A stretch of DNA of 64,000 bases from Alphaproteobacteria bacterium (lineage in GTDB: Bacteria; Pseudomonadota; Alphaproteobacteria; GCA-2746255), in the NCBI GenBank assembly GCA_021296325.1, contig JAGWAR010000004.1:53126-117125 (forward strand). Direction: 5' to 3'. The notes under the pieces were generated by a model. It saw only the letters and a list, made by a program, of their open reading frames with translations, did not search any database and had not been told where the DNA came from. The first letter of the stretch is position 1; every line of letters begins with the position of its first letter. Position numbers and translations under genes: made by a program. This document shows, piece by piece, positions 50,845 to 61,400 of the stretch.

Positions 50845-53199
50845 ATGTTCGCCAAATTCGGCATCACCGTCACCGGTTACACGGAATGGGTGCTGCGTTT
50901 CCGCTGGGCGGTGATCGGACTCACGCTGCTGGTTGCGTTCGCCATCGCCAGCGGCGCTGGCCGCCTCGGCTTCTCGACCGATTACCGGGTGTTCTTCAGC
51001 AAAGAAAATCCCCAGCTCACCGCGTTCGAGGATCTGCAGAACGTCTACACGAAGGACGACAACATCATCTTCGTCCTCAAGCCGGCCGAAGGCAGCGTGT
51101 TCACGAAAGAGACGCTTCGTGCCGTGCGCACGCTGACCGACGAAGGCTGGAAGATCCCCTTTGCGACCCGCGTCGACTCGCTTGCCAATTTCCAGCACAG
51201 CTACGCCGAGGGCGACGACCTGACCGTCGAGGATCTGGTGCGCGACCCGGACGCGCTTGCGCCCGAGGACCTTGAGCGTGTCCGCGACGTGGCCCTTGCG
51301 GAGCCGCTGCTGATCAACCGGCTGATCGCGCCGGACGCGCGCACGACAGCCGTCAACATCAACCTGACACTGCCGATGCAGCATGCGGGCGAGGGGCCGG
51401 AGGCGTTGGCCGCCGGCCGGGCGCTGGCCGAGCGCGTGCGGGCCGAGCATCCCGACCTCAAGATCGCCATCACCGGCATCGCGCCGCTCAACAACGCCTT
51501 CACGGAGGCCAGCCAGAACGACCTGCAGACGCTGATCCCGCTGATGTCGGTGGTGCTGTTCCTGGCCATGATCCTGCTGCTGCGTTCGATCAGCGGCACC
51601 TTCGCCACGATGCTGGTGATCGGCCTTTCCGCAGCGACCGCCATGGGGGTGGCCGGCTGGATCGGCATCGAGCTGACGCCGCCCTCCGTTTCGGCGCCGA
51701 CGATCATCCTGACCATGGCGATCGCCGACAGCGTCCATATCCTGGTGACGATGGGCCAACAGATGGCACGGGGGGCGACGAAGCGCGAAGCGATCCTCGA
51801 AAGCATGCGGATCAATTTCCACCCAGTTTTTCTCACCAGCCTGACGACGGCCATCGGCTTCTTCAGCCTGAACTTCTCGGACGCGCCGCCCTTCCGCGAC
51901 CTCGGCAACATCACCGCCTTCGGCGTCATCGCCGCCTGGGTCTATTCCGTCCTTTTCCTGCCGGCGCTCATGTCCATCCTGCCGCCCCAGCTGATCCGGC
52001 GGCGGAAGACCGGCGCCGACCGCATGGAGAGGCTGGCCAATTTCGTCATCGCCAAGCGCATCCCGTTCCTGTGGGGAGCCAGCCTCTTCGTCATCACGAT
52101 GGGCGTCCTGATCCCGCGGATCGAGTTGAACGACCAGTTCGTCAACTACTTCGACCCGTCCATTCAATTCCGCGCCGACACCGATTTCGCCATGGAGAAC
52201 CTCTCCGGCATCTATCAGATCCAGTATTCGCTGCCGGCCGGCGAAAGCGGCGGCATCAGCGAGCCGGAGTATCTGCGGCAGCTCGACGACTTCGCGAACT
52301 GGCTTCGGCAACAGCCGAGCGTCGTGCACGTCCAGACGCTGACCGATGTCATGACCCGGTTGAACAAGAACATGCACGCCGACGACCCGGCCTGGTACAA
52401 GCTGCCCGACGTTCGCGAGCTTGCCGCGCAATACCTTTTGCTGTTCGAGATGTCGCTGCCTTACGGGCTTGACCTCAACAACCAGATCAACGTCGACAAG
52501 TCCTCCGTGCGCGTGATCGCAACGCTTAAGAACATCTCGACGCGGGAGGCGCGCACGCTGAAATCGGATTCGGAAGCCTGGCTTGCGACCTACATGCCGA
52601 CGGCGGCCGAGGTGGAGGGGAGCGGGCCGTTCGTCATGTTCTCCTACATTTCCGAGCGCAACATCAAAAGCATGCTGACGGGCACTGCGCTTGCCTTCGT
52701 GCTGATCTCGCTCTCGTTGATCCTGGCGCTTCGCCACATCCGGCTTGGCCTGCTTAGCCTGGTGCCGAACATGATTCCGGCGGTGATCACCTTCGGGCTC
52801 TGGTCGATCATGGTCGGCGAGATGGGGTTGGCCGCCTCCGTCGTGGTGGCGACGAGCCTCGGCATCATCGTCGATGACACCGTGCATTTTCTTTCGAAAT
52901 ACCTCCGCGCCCGCCGGGAGCGGGGATTTGATTCGGCGGATGCCGTGCGTTATGCCTTTTCAACCGTCGGAACGGCGCTGGTCGTGACGTCCATCATTCT
53001 GGTTGCCGGCTTCGGGGTGCTGGCGTTTTCCGCCTTCGAGCTCAACCAGAGTCTGGGCCTGCTGACGGCGATCTCCATTACCGCCGCGCTGGTCGCGGAT
53101 TTCACCCTGTTGCCGGCGTTGTTGATCGTGCTTTCGCAAAAGAAACCCCCCGAGGAGAAGGCCCATGTTGTGGACCTGGCCACCGACCCCGCGAAATAG
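50845..53199 (+). CDS. RND-superfamily exporter (MMPL/HpnN-like, COG1033 type)
   Basis: 784 aa from ATG 50845. Two blocks of about 6 TM helices, each preceded by a large soluble loop. No AcrA/TolC-type partners; LolA-like and beta-barrel genes follow instead. Confidence 0.8.
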   Translation: MFAKFGITVTGYTEWVLRFRWAVIGLTLLVAFAIASGAGRLGFSTDYRVFFSKENPQLTAFEDLQNVYTKDDNIIFVLKPAEGSVFTKETLRAVRTLTDEGWKIPFATRVDSLANFQHSYAEGDDLTVEDLVRDPDALAPEDLERVRDVALAEPLLINRLIAPDARTTAVNINLTLPMQHAGEGPEALAAGRALAERVRAEHPDLKIAITGIAPLNNAFTEASQNDLQTLIPLMSVVLFLAMILLLRSISGTFATMLVIGLSAATAMGVAGWIGIELTPPSVSAPTIILTMAIADSVHILVTMGQQMARGATKREAILESMRINFHPVFLTSLTTAIGFFSLNFSDAPPFRDLGNITAFGVIAAWVYSVLFLPALMSILPPQLIRRRKTGADRMERLANFVIAKRIPFLWGASLFVITMGVLIPRIELNDQFVNYFDPSIQFRADTDFAMENLSGIYQIQYSLPAGESGGISEPEYLRQLDDFANWLRQQPSVVHVQTLTDVMTRLNKNMHADDPAWYKLPDVRELAAQYLLLFEMSLPYGLDLNNQINVDKSSVRVIATLKNISTREARTLKSDSEAWLATYMPTAAEVEGSGPFVMFSYISERNIKSMLTGTALAFVLISLSLILALRHIRLGLLSLVPNMIPAVITFGLWSIMVGEMGLAASVVVATSLGIIVDDTVHFLSKYLRARRERGFDSADAVRYAFSTVGTALVVTSIILVAGFGVLAFSAFELNQSLGLLTAISITAALVADFTLLPALLIVLSQKKPPEEKAHVVDLATDPAK

Positions 53200-53983
53200 C
53201 CTCCCTTGCCTGCTGGTTCTGCTGATCGGCCTTTGGGCCGTGCCGGCGGGCGCGGAGAGCCCCGAGGAGAAGGGGCTTGCCATCGCCAAGGAGGCCGACC
53301 GCCGCGACCTTGGCTGGCAGGACAGCGAGGTCGATCTGGACATGACGCTGCCCAACCGCAACGGGGAATCCAGTACGCGGTCCCTGCGCATCCAGTCCCT
53401 CGAGGTGCCGGACCCCAATTTCGGCGACAAGAGCCTGACCGTGTTCGACGAACCCCGCGACATCGAAGGCACGGCGTTCCTGTCCCATACGAAAATTCTG
53501 GAACCGGACGACCAGTGGCTTTACCTGCCGGCCGTCAAGCGTGTGAAGCGCATTTCGTCCGTTAACAAGTCCGGCCCCTTCGTCGGCAGCGAGTTCGCTT
53601 ATGAGGATATCGCGAGCCAGGAGGTGGGCAAGTACACCTACAAATGGCTTCGGGACGAGCCTTGCGGCAAGTTGCAGTGCTTCGTCGTCGAGCAATATCC
53701 GCGCTACGAATATTCGGGCTACACGAAACAGATCGTCTGGATCGACCAGGGCGAATACCGCGTCATGAAAGTCGAATTCTACGACCGCAAGGACGAGTTG
53801 CTGAAAGTGCTCGTGCAGTCGGAATACCAGCGCTATCTGGACCAATACTGGCGGCCCCACCGGATGCATATGGACAACGTGCAGACCGGGAAGTCGACAA
53901 CCCTGCAGTTTAAGAACTACAATTTCCGGCTTGGCGTCGATGAAGACGATTTCACGTCCAGCCGTTTGAAGCGGGCCCGTTGA
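53165..53983 (+). CDS. Outer-membrane lipoprotein-sorting (LolA-like) protein
   Basis: 272 aa. Signal peptide LPCLLVLLIGLWAVPAGA. Recalled family features WLYLPAVKRVKRIS and GSEFAYEDI. Confidence 0.7.
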   Translation: MLWTWPPTPRNSLPCLLVLLIGLWAVPAGAESPEEKGLAIAKEADRRDLGWQDSEVDLDMTLPNRNGESSTRSLRIQSLEVPDPNFGDKSLTVFDEPRDIEGTAFLSHTKILEPDDQWLYLPAVKRVKRISSVNKSGPFVGSEFAYEDIASQEVGKYTYKWLRDEPCGKLQCFVVEQYPRYEYSGYTKQIVWIDQGEYRVMKVEFYDRKDELLKVLVQSEYQRYLDQYWRPHRMHMDNVQTGKSTTLQFKNYNFRLGVDEDDFTSSRLKRAR

Positions 53984-55203
53984 CGAACGCACGCGCTTTT
54001 TTATTGCTGGTTCTGGTTTTCGCGCCGTTTTCCCTTGCCGCGCGCGACGCGGCGGCCGGCGAGTTCGATCTTTCGGGCTTCGTCGCCTTCGAGACGCGGT
54101 ATTTTCCGAACGCGCCTCTTTTTGCCGGGCAGGGCAGCGCAGAACTGTCGCCTTCCGTGGTAGCGGAACCGGAGTTCGTCTATGAGTGGAACCGGCGCAA
54201 GGACCGCCTGACCTTCGTTCCTTTTGCCCGGTTCGACGCCGACGACGACCGGCGCACCCACGCCGACATCCGCGAGGCGAACTGGCTGCACATCGGGGAC
54301 GGGTGGGATCTGGTCGTCGGTTTCGAGCGCATCTTCTGGGGGGTCACCGAATCCCGTCATCTCGTCGACATCATCAACCAGTTCGACGGCGTCGAGGACG
54401 TCGACGACGAGGACAAGCTTGGCCAGCCGATGGTGAACTTCCGCCTGCAGGAGGATTGGGGGACGCTTTCCGCCTTCGTGCTGCCCGGTTTTCGCGAGCG
54501 CACCTTCGTCGATGACGACGCGCGCCTGCGCGGTCCGTTGCCGATCGACGACGACGATCCGACCTATGATTCGGCCGCCGGGGAAGCCCATGTCGATGTC
54601 GCGCTTCGCTGGTCCCGCACCATCGGCGACTGGGACATCGGCCTTTCCCATTTTCACGGCACCAGCCGCGAGCCGCGCCTGATCCCGACGCTTCGGCCCA
54701 CCGGCGAGGTCGTGCTGGTGCCCCATTACGACCAGATCGATCAAAGCGGGCTGGATTTGCAATGGACGATGGAGGCCTGGCTCTGGAAGCTGGAGACGAT
54801 GACCCGCAGCGGCCACGGCAAGCGCTTCGTGGCCAGCGTCGCCGGGGTTGAATACACGCTCTATCAGCTCTTCGAGACGGTCTACGATCTGGGCCTCCTG
54901 GCCGAATACCAGTATGACGGCCGCGATAAGGCGAACGCCCCCTTCACGCCGGCGGACGGCGACCTTTTTCTTGGCATGCGGCTGGCGCTGAACGACGTGC
55001 AGAGCACGGAGGCGCTGGCGGGGGCGAGCTTCGACCGGACGTCGGAGGCCGTTCTCTTCTTTGTCGAGGCGGAACGGCGGATCAGCGACCACTACAAGGT
55101 CGAGCTTGAGGGCCGCTTCAATTTCAACGCAAAGAACGACGTCCTGCTCTCGAATATCCGGGAGGACGATTTTCTGACCCTGCGCCTGAGCCGCTATTTC
55201 TAG
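53980..55203 (+). CDS. Putative outer-membrane beta-barrel protein
   Basis: 407 aa, TTG start overlapping the upstream stop. Signal peptide FLLLVLVFAPFSLAA. Alternating beta-strand pattern. C-terminal LRLSRYF, an aromatic terminus typical of OMPs. Confidence 0.6.
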   Translation: MTNARAFLLLVLVFAPFSLAARDAAAGEFDLSGFVAFETRYFPNAPLFAGQGSAELSPSVVAEPEFVYEWNRRKDRLTFVPFARFDADDDRRTHADIREANWLHIGDGWDLVVGFERIFWGVTESRHLVDIINQFDGVEDVDDEDKLGQPMVNFRLQEDWGTLSAFVLPGFRERTFVDDDARLRGPLPIDDDDPTYDSAAGEAHVDVALRWSRTIGDWDIGLSHFHGTSREPRLIPTLRPTGEVVLVPHYDQIDQSGLDLQWTMEAWLWKLETMTRSGHGKRFVASVAGVEYTLYQLFETVYDLGLLAEYQYDGRDKANAPFTPADGDLFLGMRLALNDVQSTEALAGASFDRTSEAVLFFVEAERRISDHYKVELEGRFNFNAKNDVLLSNIREDDFLTLRLSRYF

Positions 55204-55278
55204 GCCCTGCGAGCATGCCTACCCTGCACCCGCCCGGGACGCGTTTAAGAAGTCTTTAAACTTTTGACCCTAGGTTTT

Positions 55279-55320
55279 AAGGGACCGTTAACCAAGGGAC
55301 CGTTAACCAAGGGACCGTTC
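55279..55320. repeat. 15-nt tandem direct repeat, 2.8 copies (AAGGGACCGTTAACC)
   Basis: Units at 55279-55293 and 55294-55308, plus a partial unit at 55309-55320. Each contains GTTAAC. Ends 20 nt before the kinase ATG at 55341. Confidence 0.9.
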
Positions 55321-55340
55321 ATCCCATTGCGTGTCGATCA

Positions 55341-56831
55341 ATGGGGGAAAGGGGCGCTTTGGCTGGGTCTTTCGTTCGAGTGCAGCAGGGGAAACGCGTG
55401 CGGAGCGAACTTGAGAAGGAGTGGGATGCCAAGGCACTGAAGCTTGGTAAGCTCAATCTTCGCTTCACAAGCGACGAGACGGAGCGACACTACCGGATCA
55501 TGCATATCCGGCAGTCGCTGCCCACCATCTGGCTTTCCATCCTGGCCGGTATGTTTCTCTATGCCGTCTTCGGCATTCTCGATCTTTACGTGGTTCCGGA
55601 CAAGCTGACGGAAATCTGGACCATCCGTTACGCTATCGTCTGCCCGATCCTGATCGGGGCTTTCCTCGTCACGCTTACGAAATATTTCATTCGCGTCTCG
55701 CAGGTTGTCCTGGCGCTTGGCATGCTGGTGCCGGGGTTGGGCATTCTGGGCATGGTGGCCGTCGCAAATACGCCGGGCAATCATCTTTATTATGCCGGCC
55801 TTATTCTCGTCATCATCTATTGCTCTTCTTTAAGCGTGCTTCGCTACGTGTACGCGGCAGCCGTCTCCGTGACGTTGCTGTTGATTTACCAATACGTCGC
55901 GCTGGTCATTAATCCGATTCCCAGCGAGACGTTGATCAACAACAATTTCTTCCTGATCGTCTCCCTGGCCGTCGGCGTGTTCACCAGCTACACCCAGGAG
56001 CTTTATATCCGGCAGAACTTCGTCAATACGCAGCTGTTGCTGAGGGAAAAGGGCCGCACCGACCAATTGCTGGACGAGGCGCGCGCCAGCAACCAGGCCA
56101 AGACGGAATTCCTTGCCGTCATGAGCCACGAGCTGCGCACTCCCTTGAATGCCATCATCGGTTTTTCCGAAGTGATCAAGCAGCAGATGTTCGGTCCCGT
56201 CGGGTCGAAGAAATACCTGACCTATATCGACGATATCTATAACAGCGGCACGCATCTCCTGGGGTTGATTACGGACATCCTCGACCTTTCGAAGGCGGAA
56301 GCCGGCCGGCTGGTGCTTCGGGACGAGGTTGTCAATCTGACGGAAGTGCTGGACGGGTGCCTGCGCATGTTCCGCGAGCGGGCGGCGGAGACCGGGGTCC
56401 GGCTGCAGTTCGACATGCCGGGCGTGGCCACCCAGGTGCGGGCGGACCCGCGTCTGTTGCGCCAAAGCTTCATTAACCTCATCTCGAACGCGGTGAAATT
56501 CACCCAGAAGGGAGGCTCGGTGCTGCTTTCCATCGGTCACGCCGAGAATGGGGGCGTCCACGTGCGGGTGGAGGACAGCGGCATCGGCATCGCGGAAGGG
56601 GACCTCAAGAAGGTCGTCGAACCCTTCGTGCAGGTGCAAAGCGCGCTTACCCGCGACCATGAGGGGACCGGCCTTGGCCTGCCGCTTGCCAAGAAGATCA
56701 TGGAATTGCACGAAGGCTCGCTCGCGATCGAAAGCGAGATCGGGACCGGCACCGTCGTCACGGCCATCCTGCCCGCTAAGCGGGTCATCCCGAAGGCAGG
56801 GCCGCCAAGCCTGTCGGGGGATGCGGCCTAG
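55341..56831 (+). CDS. Membrane sensor histidine kinase (polytopic N-terminal sensor, HisKA, HATPase)
   Basis: 496 aa. About six TM helices. H-box [36 protein letters not shown]. Visibly lower GC than its neighbours. The exact start is uncertain. Confidence 0.85.
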   Translation: MGERGALAGSFVRVQQGKRVRSELEKEWDAKALKLGKLNLRFTSDETERHYRIMHIRQSLPTIWLSILAGMFLYAVFGILDLYVVPDKLTEIWTIRYAIVCPILIGAFLVTLTKYFIRVSQVVLALGMLVPGLGILGMVAVANTPGNHLYYAGLILVIIYCSSLSVLRYVYAAAVSVTLLLIYQYVALVINPIPSETLINNNFFLIVSLAVGVFTSYTQELYIRQNFVNTQLLLREKGRTDQLLDEARASNQAKTEFLAVMSHELRTPLNAIIGFSEVIKQQMFGPVGSKKYLTYIDDIYNSGTHLLGLITDILDLSKAEAGRLVLRDEVVNLTEVLDGCLRMFRERAAETGVRLQFDMPGVATQVRADPRLLRQSFINLISNAVKFTQKGGSVLLSIGHAENGGVHVRVEDSGIGIAEGDLKKVVEPFVQVQSALTRDHEGTGLGLPLAKKIMELHEGSLAIESEIGTGTVVTAILPAKRVIPKAGPPSLSGDAA

Positions 56832-58282
56832 GCGTTGATTTCCGGTTTTTGCAGATAGAGAAGCTGGATGCGGTCCGTCGCATCGGCCTTGATCGTGACG
56901 TTGGCCGAGGGCAGGTCCTTGGCCAGCGCCAGCATGTCGGATTCCGACCGGTAAACGAGACTCCAGTCGCAGAGAAATTCCGCCGGCCACAACAGGCTGA
57001 CGGGGCTTTTCTTGACGTTGCCGATGACCAGGAAGCCGCCCGGCGCCAACTGTCGGTAAAGCCCGTCGATGAGGGGGCGGGCCTTGCGCGCGTCCAGATA
57101 ATCCACGAGACCGACCGTGTAGATCAGGTCCTGGGCCGGGATGTTGTCGAGGAGGCGTTCGCCTTTCAGGAGCTGGCGGAAGGAGACGTGGAGGCAATTG
57201 ACCGTGGCCTGTTCCTTCAGCCGCAGGGTTTCTGGGTAGGTGCGCTCGTACGCCTGAGTCAGGGCCTGATGGTCCTGGTCGATCAGGGTGATGTGAACGG
57301 CCTGGGGAAGCATGCCAAGGCGCAGGTAGTTGACGATTTCCTGGGCCGGGCCGCAGGCCAGATTGGTGATCTGGACGGGGCCGCCCTTTCTGGCCACGAC
57401 TTCGGCAATCGTCTGCTGCATCATCACCATGCGGTTGGCGATGCATTCCATGCCGTCCAATCCGATGCGGTGCAACAGCTTGCCGAACGCACTCGCCCCC
57501 TGGCGGCGCCAGGCGTAGACGTAATTCATGACTTCGAAGTCGCCCGGATAACCAAGCGGCTTTTCGTAACTACGCTGCCAGATCGGGCCTTCGAGAAATT
57601 CCGGCGTCAGCGCCAGTTCGGTGAATTGTTTCGTCGCCTTGCGCGCCTCCGGGTCTTCCATGACAGGCTCGACGAGGGCGTTGGCCTGGTACCAGAGGGC
57701 GCGGCACTCGGGCAGGATGCGTTCTTCACACAGGGTGAGCACGTCGGCCAGGCGGGCGTCGTCCGCCGGCGTATGGGGGTTCGACCCGCCGTCGAACTTC
57801 TCCAGCGCCGAGCGATAGCGGCGCAACAGGTACAGCACGTCGGCGACCAGTTCGCGGTAGGCGGACGGCACGCGTTCGCTGGCTACGGCGAGGCCATCTT
57901 CGAGTTCGCGCTTGAGGCAGACTGCTTCGTGGCGGGCGACGAGTTCCGGAATGTTCAAATAGCCGCTGGTCAGTTGGATGGCGACTTTCGTGCCGAAGGG
58001 GGTCGGCTCGACGCGGCAGATGCGTCCGCGGCCTTCGTGCAGGACGGAGCCGCCGAGGCGAAGCTGCACCGGCACGACTTCGCCCTGTTCGCCGGACCAG
58101 TTCATCCGGGGACTGGCAAAGACGGCAAGGCCGCTCATGCTTACGTCGTGAAGCGTCAGGGATGTGTGATCGATTTCGATGTCCGGCAGGGTCCGGCGAA
58201 ACAGATCCCGGACCTTGTAGCGATCGGCCCGGTAGTAAACCCGGCGCCCTTCCTCCCCAACCAGCTCTTCATAGGCCTTCAT
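56828..58282 (-). CDS. PilZ domain fused to a class I SAM-dependent methyltransferase
   Basis: 484 aa. PilZ motifs RRVYYR (RxxxR) and HDVSMSG (DxSxxG). C-terminal MTase motifs ITNLACGPAQE, HITLIDQD, DLIYTVGLVDYL, LAPGGFLVIGN. Confidence 0.85.
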   Translation of the reverse strand: MKAYEELVGEEGRRVYYRADRYKVRDLFRRTLPDIEIDHTSLTLHDVSMSGLAVFASPRMNWSGEQGEVVPVQLRLGGSVLHEGRGRICRVEPTPFGTKVAIQLTSGYLNIPELVARHEAVCLKRELEDGLAVASERVPSAYRELVADVLYLLRRYRSALEKFDGGSNPHTPADDARLADVLTLCEERILPECRALWYQANALVEPVMEDPEARKATKQFTELALTPEFLEGPIWQRSYEKPLGYPGDFEVMNYVYAWRRQGASAFGKLLHRIGLDGMECIANRMVMMQQTIAEVVARKGGPVQITNLACGPAQEIVNYLRLGMLPQAVHITLIDQDHQALTQAYERTYPETLRLKEQATVNCLHVSFRQLLKGERLLDNIPAQDLIYTVGLVDYLDARKARPLIDGLYRQLAPGGFLVIGNVKKSPVSLLWPAEFLCDWSLVYRSESDMLALAKDLPSANVTIKADATDRIQLLYLQKPEINA

Positions 58283-58310
58283 GGTGTGCCTCGTTTCGAG
58301 AGCGTGTTCG

Positions 58311-58334
58311 TTAATCTTTGTTAAGAAAGATTAA
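58311..58334. promoter_or_regulatory. Perfect 9-bp inverted repeat TTAATCTTT-GTTAAG-AAAGATTAA upstream of the PilZ-methyltransferase gene
   Basis: Read directly. Begins 29 nt upstream of the ATG at 58282, in the 143-nt gap after the hybrid kinase. AT-rich in a GC-rich context. Confidence 0.5.
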
Positions 58335-58425
58335 TCATAAACGCCGCCGGAAGGCAAACCGGGATCGCGCCAAAAGGTCGAGAATTTCAGGAAGTTAGGC
58401 CCATATCCCGGCCGGGGCGGCGGGT

Positions 58426-61400
58426 TCAGGCGGCGGCCAAGGTCTCGCGGATTTTCATGGCGAGCACGCGCTTGCGGTAGGGTTTTTCGACGAGGTCGGT
58501 GCCAAGGTCGCCCCAGTCGAGGGGTTCGGGGAATTCTCCCACATAACCGGACGTCAGCAGCACTTTCAGGCCTTCCCGCCGCGCCCGCGCCTTCTTGGCA
58601 AGCTCGACGCCATTGAGGCCCCGGGGTAGCACGACGTCGGTGAACAGCAGGTCGATGTTGGGCGTCGAGTCGAGCAGCTTGAGCGCGGCGAAAGCATCCT
58701 CGGCCTCGATCACCCGGTAGTTGAGGCCGGTCAGCATCCGTTTCGCCATGCTGCGCATTTCCATGTCGTCCTCGACGACCAGGATCGTCTCGCCGTTCCC
58801 TTCGAGTTCCTGCAATTCGGGCAGCGTGGTTTCAGCCGCCTCGACGCCTTCGGCCGCCGCCGGCAGGTACACCCGGATGGCCGTTCCTTCGCCGAGTGCG
58901 CTTTCGATCCGGATCTGGCCGCCGGACTGCCGGATGAACCCGTAGACCACGCTTAAGCCGAGGCCGCTTCCCTTGCCGACGCCCTTCGTCGTGAAGAAGG
59001 GATCGAAGACGCGGGCCTGGTCGTGTTTCGGAATGCCGATGCCGGTGTCGCGAACGGTCAGGAGGACGTAGCGGCCGGAGGCAGGTTTATCGTCGGGCGC
59101 ATCGGCGGCATCGATGTCGGCGTTTTCGGTCGTCAGGGTGAGCGTGCCGCCGCCCGGCATGGCGTCCTGGGCGTTGAGCGCCAGGTTCAGGATAACGCTT
59201 TCCAGCTGGTTCGGATCGACCATGGCGGGCCAGAGGTCATCGGTGAGGCGGGTTTTGATCTCGATGACCTTGCTGAGGCTGTGTTCGAAGAGTTCCGTCA
59301 TGCCCGAGACCAGCTTGTTCAAATTCGTGGGCAAGGGCTGCAGCGCCTGTTTGCGCGAGAAGGCGAGCAGGCGCTGGGTCAGCGCCGCCCCGCGGTCCGC
59401 CGCCCCGAGCGCGCGGCGCACGAAATTCCGGATGGCCTCGTCCCTGGCGGTTTCGTCCAGCAGCTCCAGATTGCCGATGACGACGCCGAGCAGGTTGTTG
59501 AAGTCATGGGCGATGCCGCCGGTCAGCTGGCCAATCGCTTCCATCTTGGTCGCCTGGCGAAGCTGTTCCTCGGCCTGCTTGAAGGCGGTGATGTCGTGGA
59601 AGCCGGAAAGCAGGGCTTCCTCACCCTCATAGACGACCTTGTGAACGGAGAGCAGGACGCTTATCGGCGTGCCGTCCGCCTTCTTCATCTCGAGCTCGTA
59701 GCCGGTCAAATTGCCGGTTTGTTCGACAAGCTCCTTGATGGTCTCGCGTTCCTTTGGGTTCTGATAGAACTCCATCGTCGGACGGCCGATCAGGCTTTCC
59801 GGGTTCGTATCGAAGGCGGTGCCGACATGGGTGTTAGCGTAGGTAATGCACCCGTCGGAGGTCCGGGCGATGATCAGCGGCAGTGGCGAGCCCTCGACGA
59901 CGGCGCGGAACCGCGCTTCGCTTTCGCGAAGGGCCTTTTCGGCCGCCTTGATCTGGGTCACGTCGTGGACGATGTTCATCACCGCGTCTTCGTTGTCGAA
60001 AGTGATGCGGGCGATCGAGACGACCGCCGAGATCGGCGTGCCGTCCACCTTCTTCAGATTCACCCCGACGTCATGAAGATGGCCTTCCCGTATCAGGCGT
60101 TTCATGATCGTGACGCGGTCGGACGGGTCCTGATAGAAGTCCGGGCTTTTCCATGCGGCGGTCAGTTTGCCGCCGGGCACGTCGTGGAGTGCGGCCACCG
60201 CCGGGTTCGCGTAGAGGAACGTGCCGTCCGAAATCCGGTTGATGGAAATGGGGACGGGGGCGCGTTCGGCGATGTTGCGAAAGCGCGCCTCGCTTTCGCG
60301 AAGCGCCTGCTCCATCTCGGCGCTTTCGGTGATGTCCATGGCGATCGAGCAGATCTCGGTCGGATTGCCGTCGCCGTCCCGAAGCGCGAATTTCGTTCTT
60401 CGGAAGTAGTGGAGTTTGCCGTCCTTCATCCGCTGCACGATGCCCTGTTCGTAGCTTGGCTCGGAGGAGCGCGCGACCTCCATGTCCCGCTCGTGGGTCC
60501 GTTTTGCCGCGTCCTGGGTCAGGGGGCCTTTCGCATAGGCCTCGACCGCCGTCTTGCCGACGAGATCCTCCGAGCGCAGGCCAAGCATGTCCTCGTAGTA
60601 GCGGTTGACCCATTTGTAGCGCCCCTCGAGGTCCTTGAGCGAGACGCAGAACGGCGCGTAATTCAGGATGCCCTGAAGCTGCAGATGGCTGGTTTGCAGG
60701 GCCTTCTCGGCCTCGCGGCGCTCGGTCACGTCGCTGAAGGTGACGACGGCGCCGACCACTTCCCCGTCCTTGCGCAACGGCGTGCTGGTGTATTCGATGG
60801 GAAAGCTGGTGCCGTTCTTGCGCCACAGCACCTCGTCCTTGCGGTGATGGACCGTGCCGTCCATGAAGGCCCGGTACATCGGGCAGGCCTCGGCGGGGTA
60901 GGGGCGGCCGTCCGGGTAGCTGTGGTGGATCAGCGGGTGCAGCTTCTGGCCGATCAGCTCCTCGATGGCGAAACCGGTCATCTCGGCGACGGCGGGGTTG
61001 ACGAAGGTGCCCTGGCCTTCGAGATCCAGTCCGTAAATCCCTTCGCCGACCGATTCGAGGATCAGACGAAACTGCTCTTCATTGGCGCGCAGCGCCTCTT
61101 CGATCTTCTGGCGGTCGGTGATGTCGTGGACGATGGAGCAAAGCTCGCTCGGCTTGCCGTTCTCGTCGAGAATCAGGAACTTCGTGCGCTGAAGGGTGCG
61201 GGTCTGGCCGTCGTGGGGGCATTTGAAGCTTTCCTGGTAGAGGGGCTTGCCGGTCCGCAGCAATTCCTTGTCCGAACTCCGGCTTTCCTCGAGGAAGGCG
61301 GTATCGATGGGGGAAGCCGAGAAGGCGTCTCCCGCTGTTTTCCCGACGATAGCGTCGGGGAGCGGTATGCCGGTCAGGCGCGCGTAGTAACGGTTGACCC

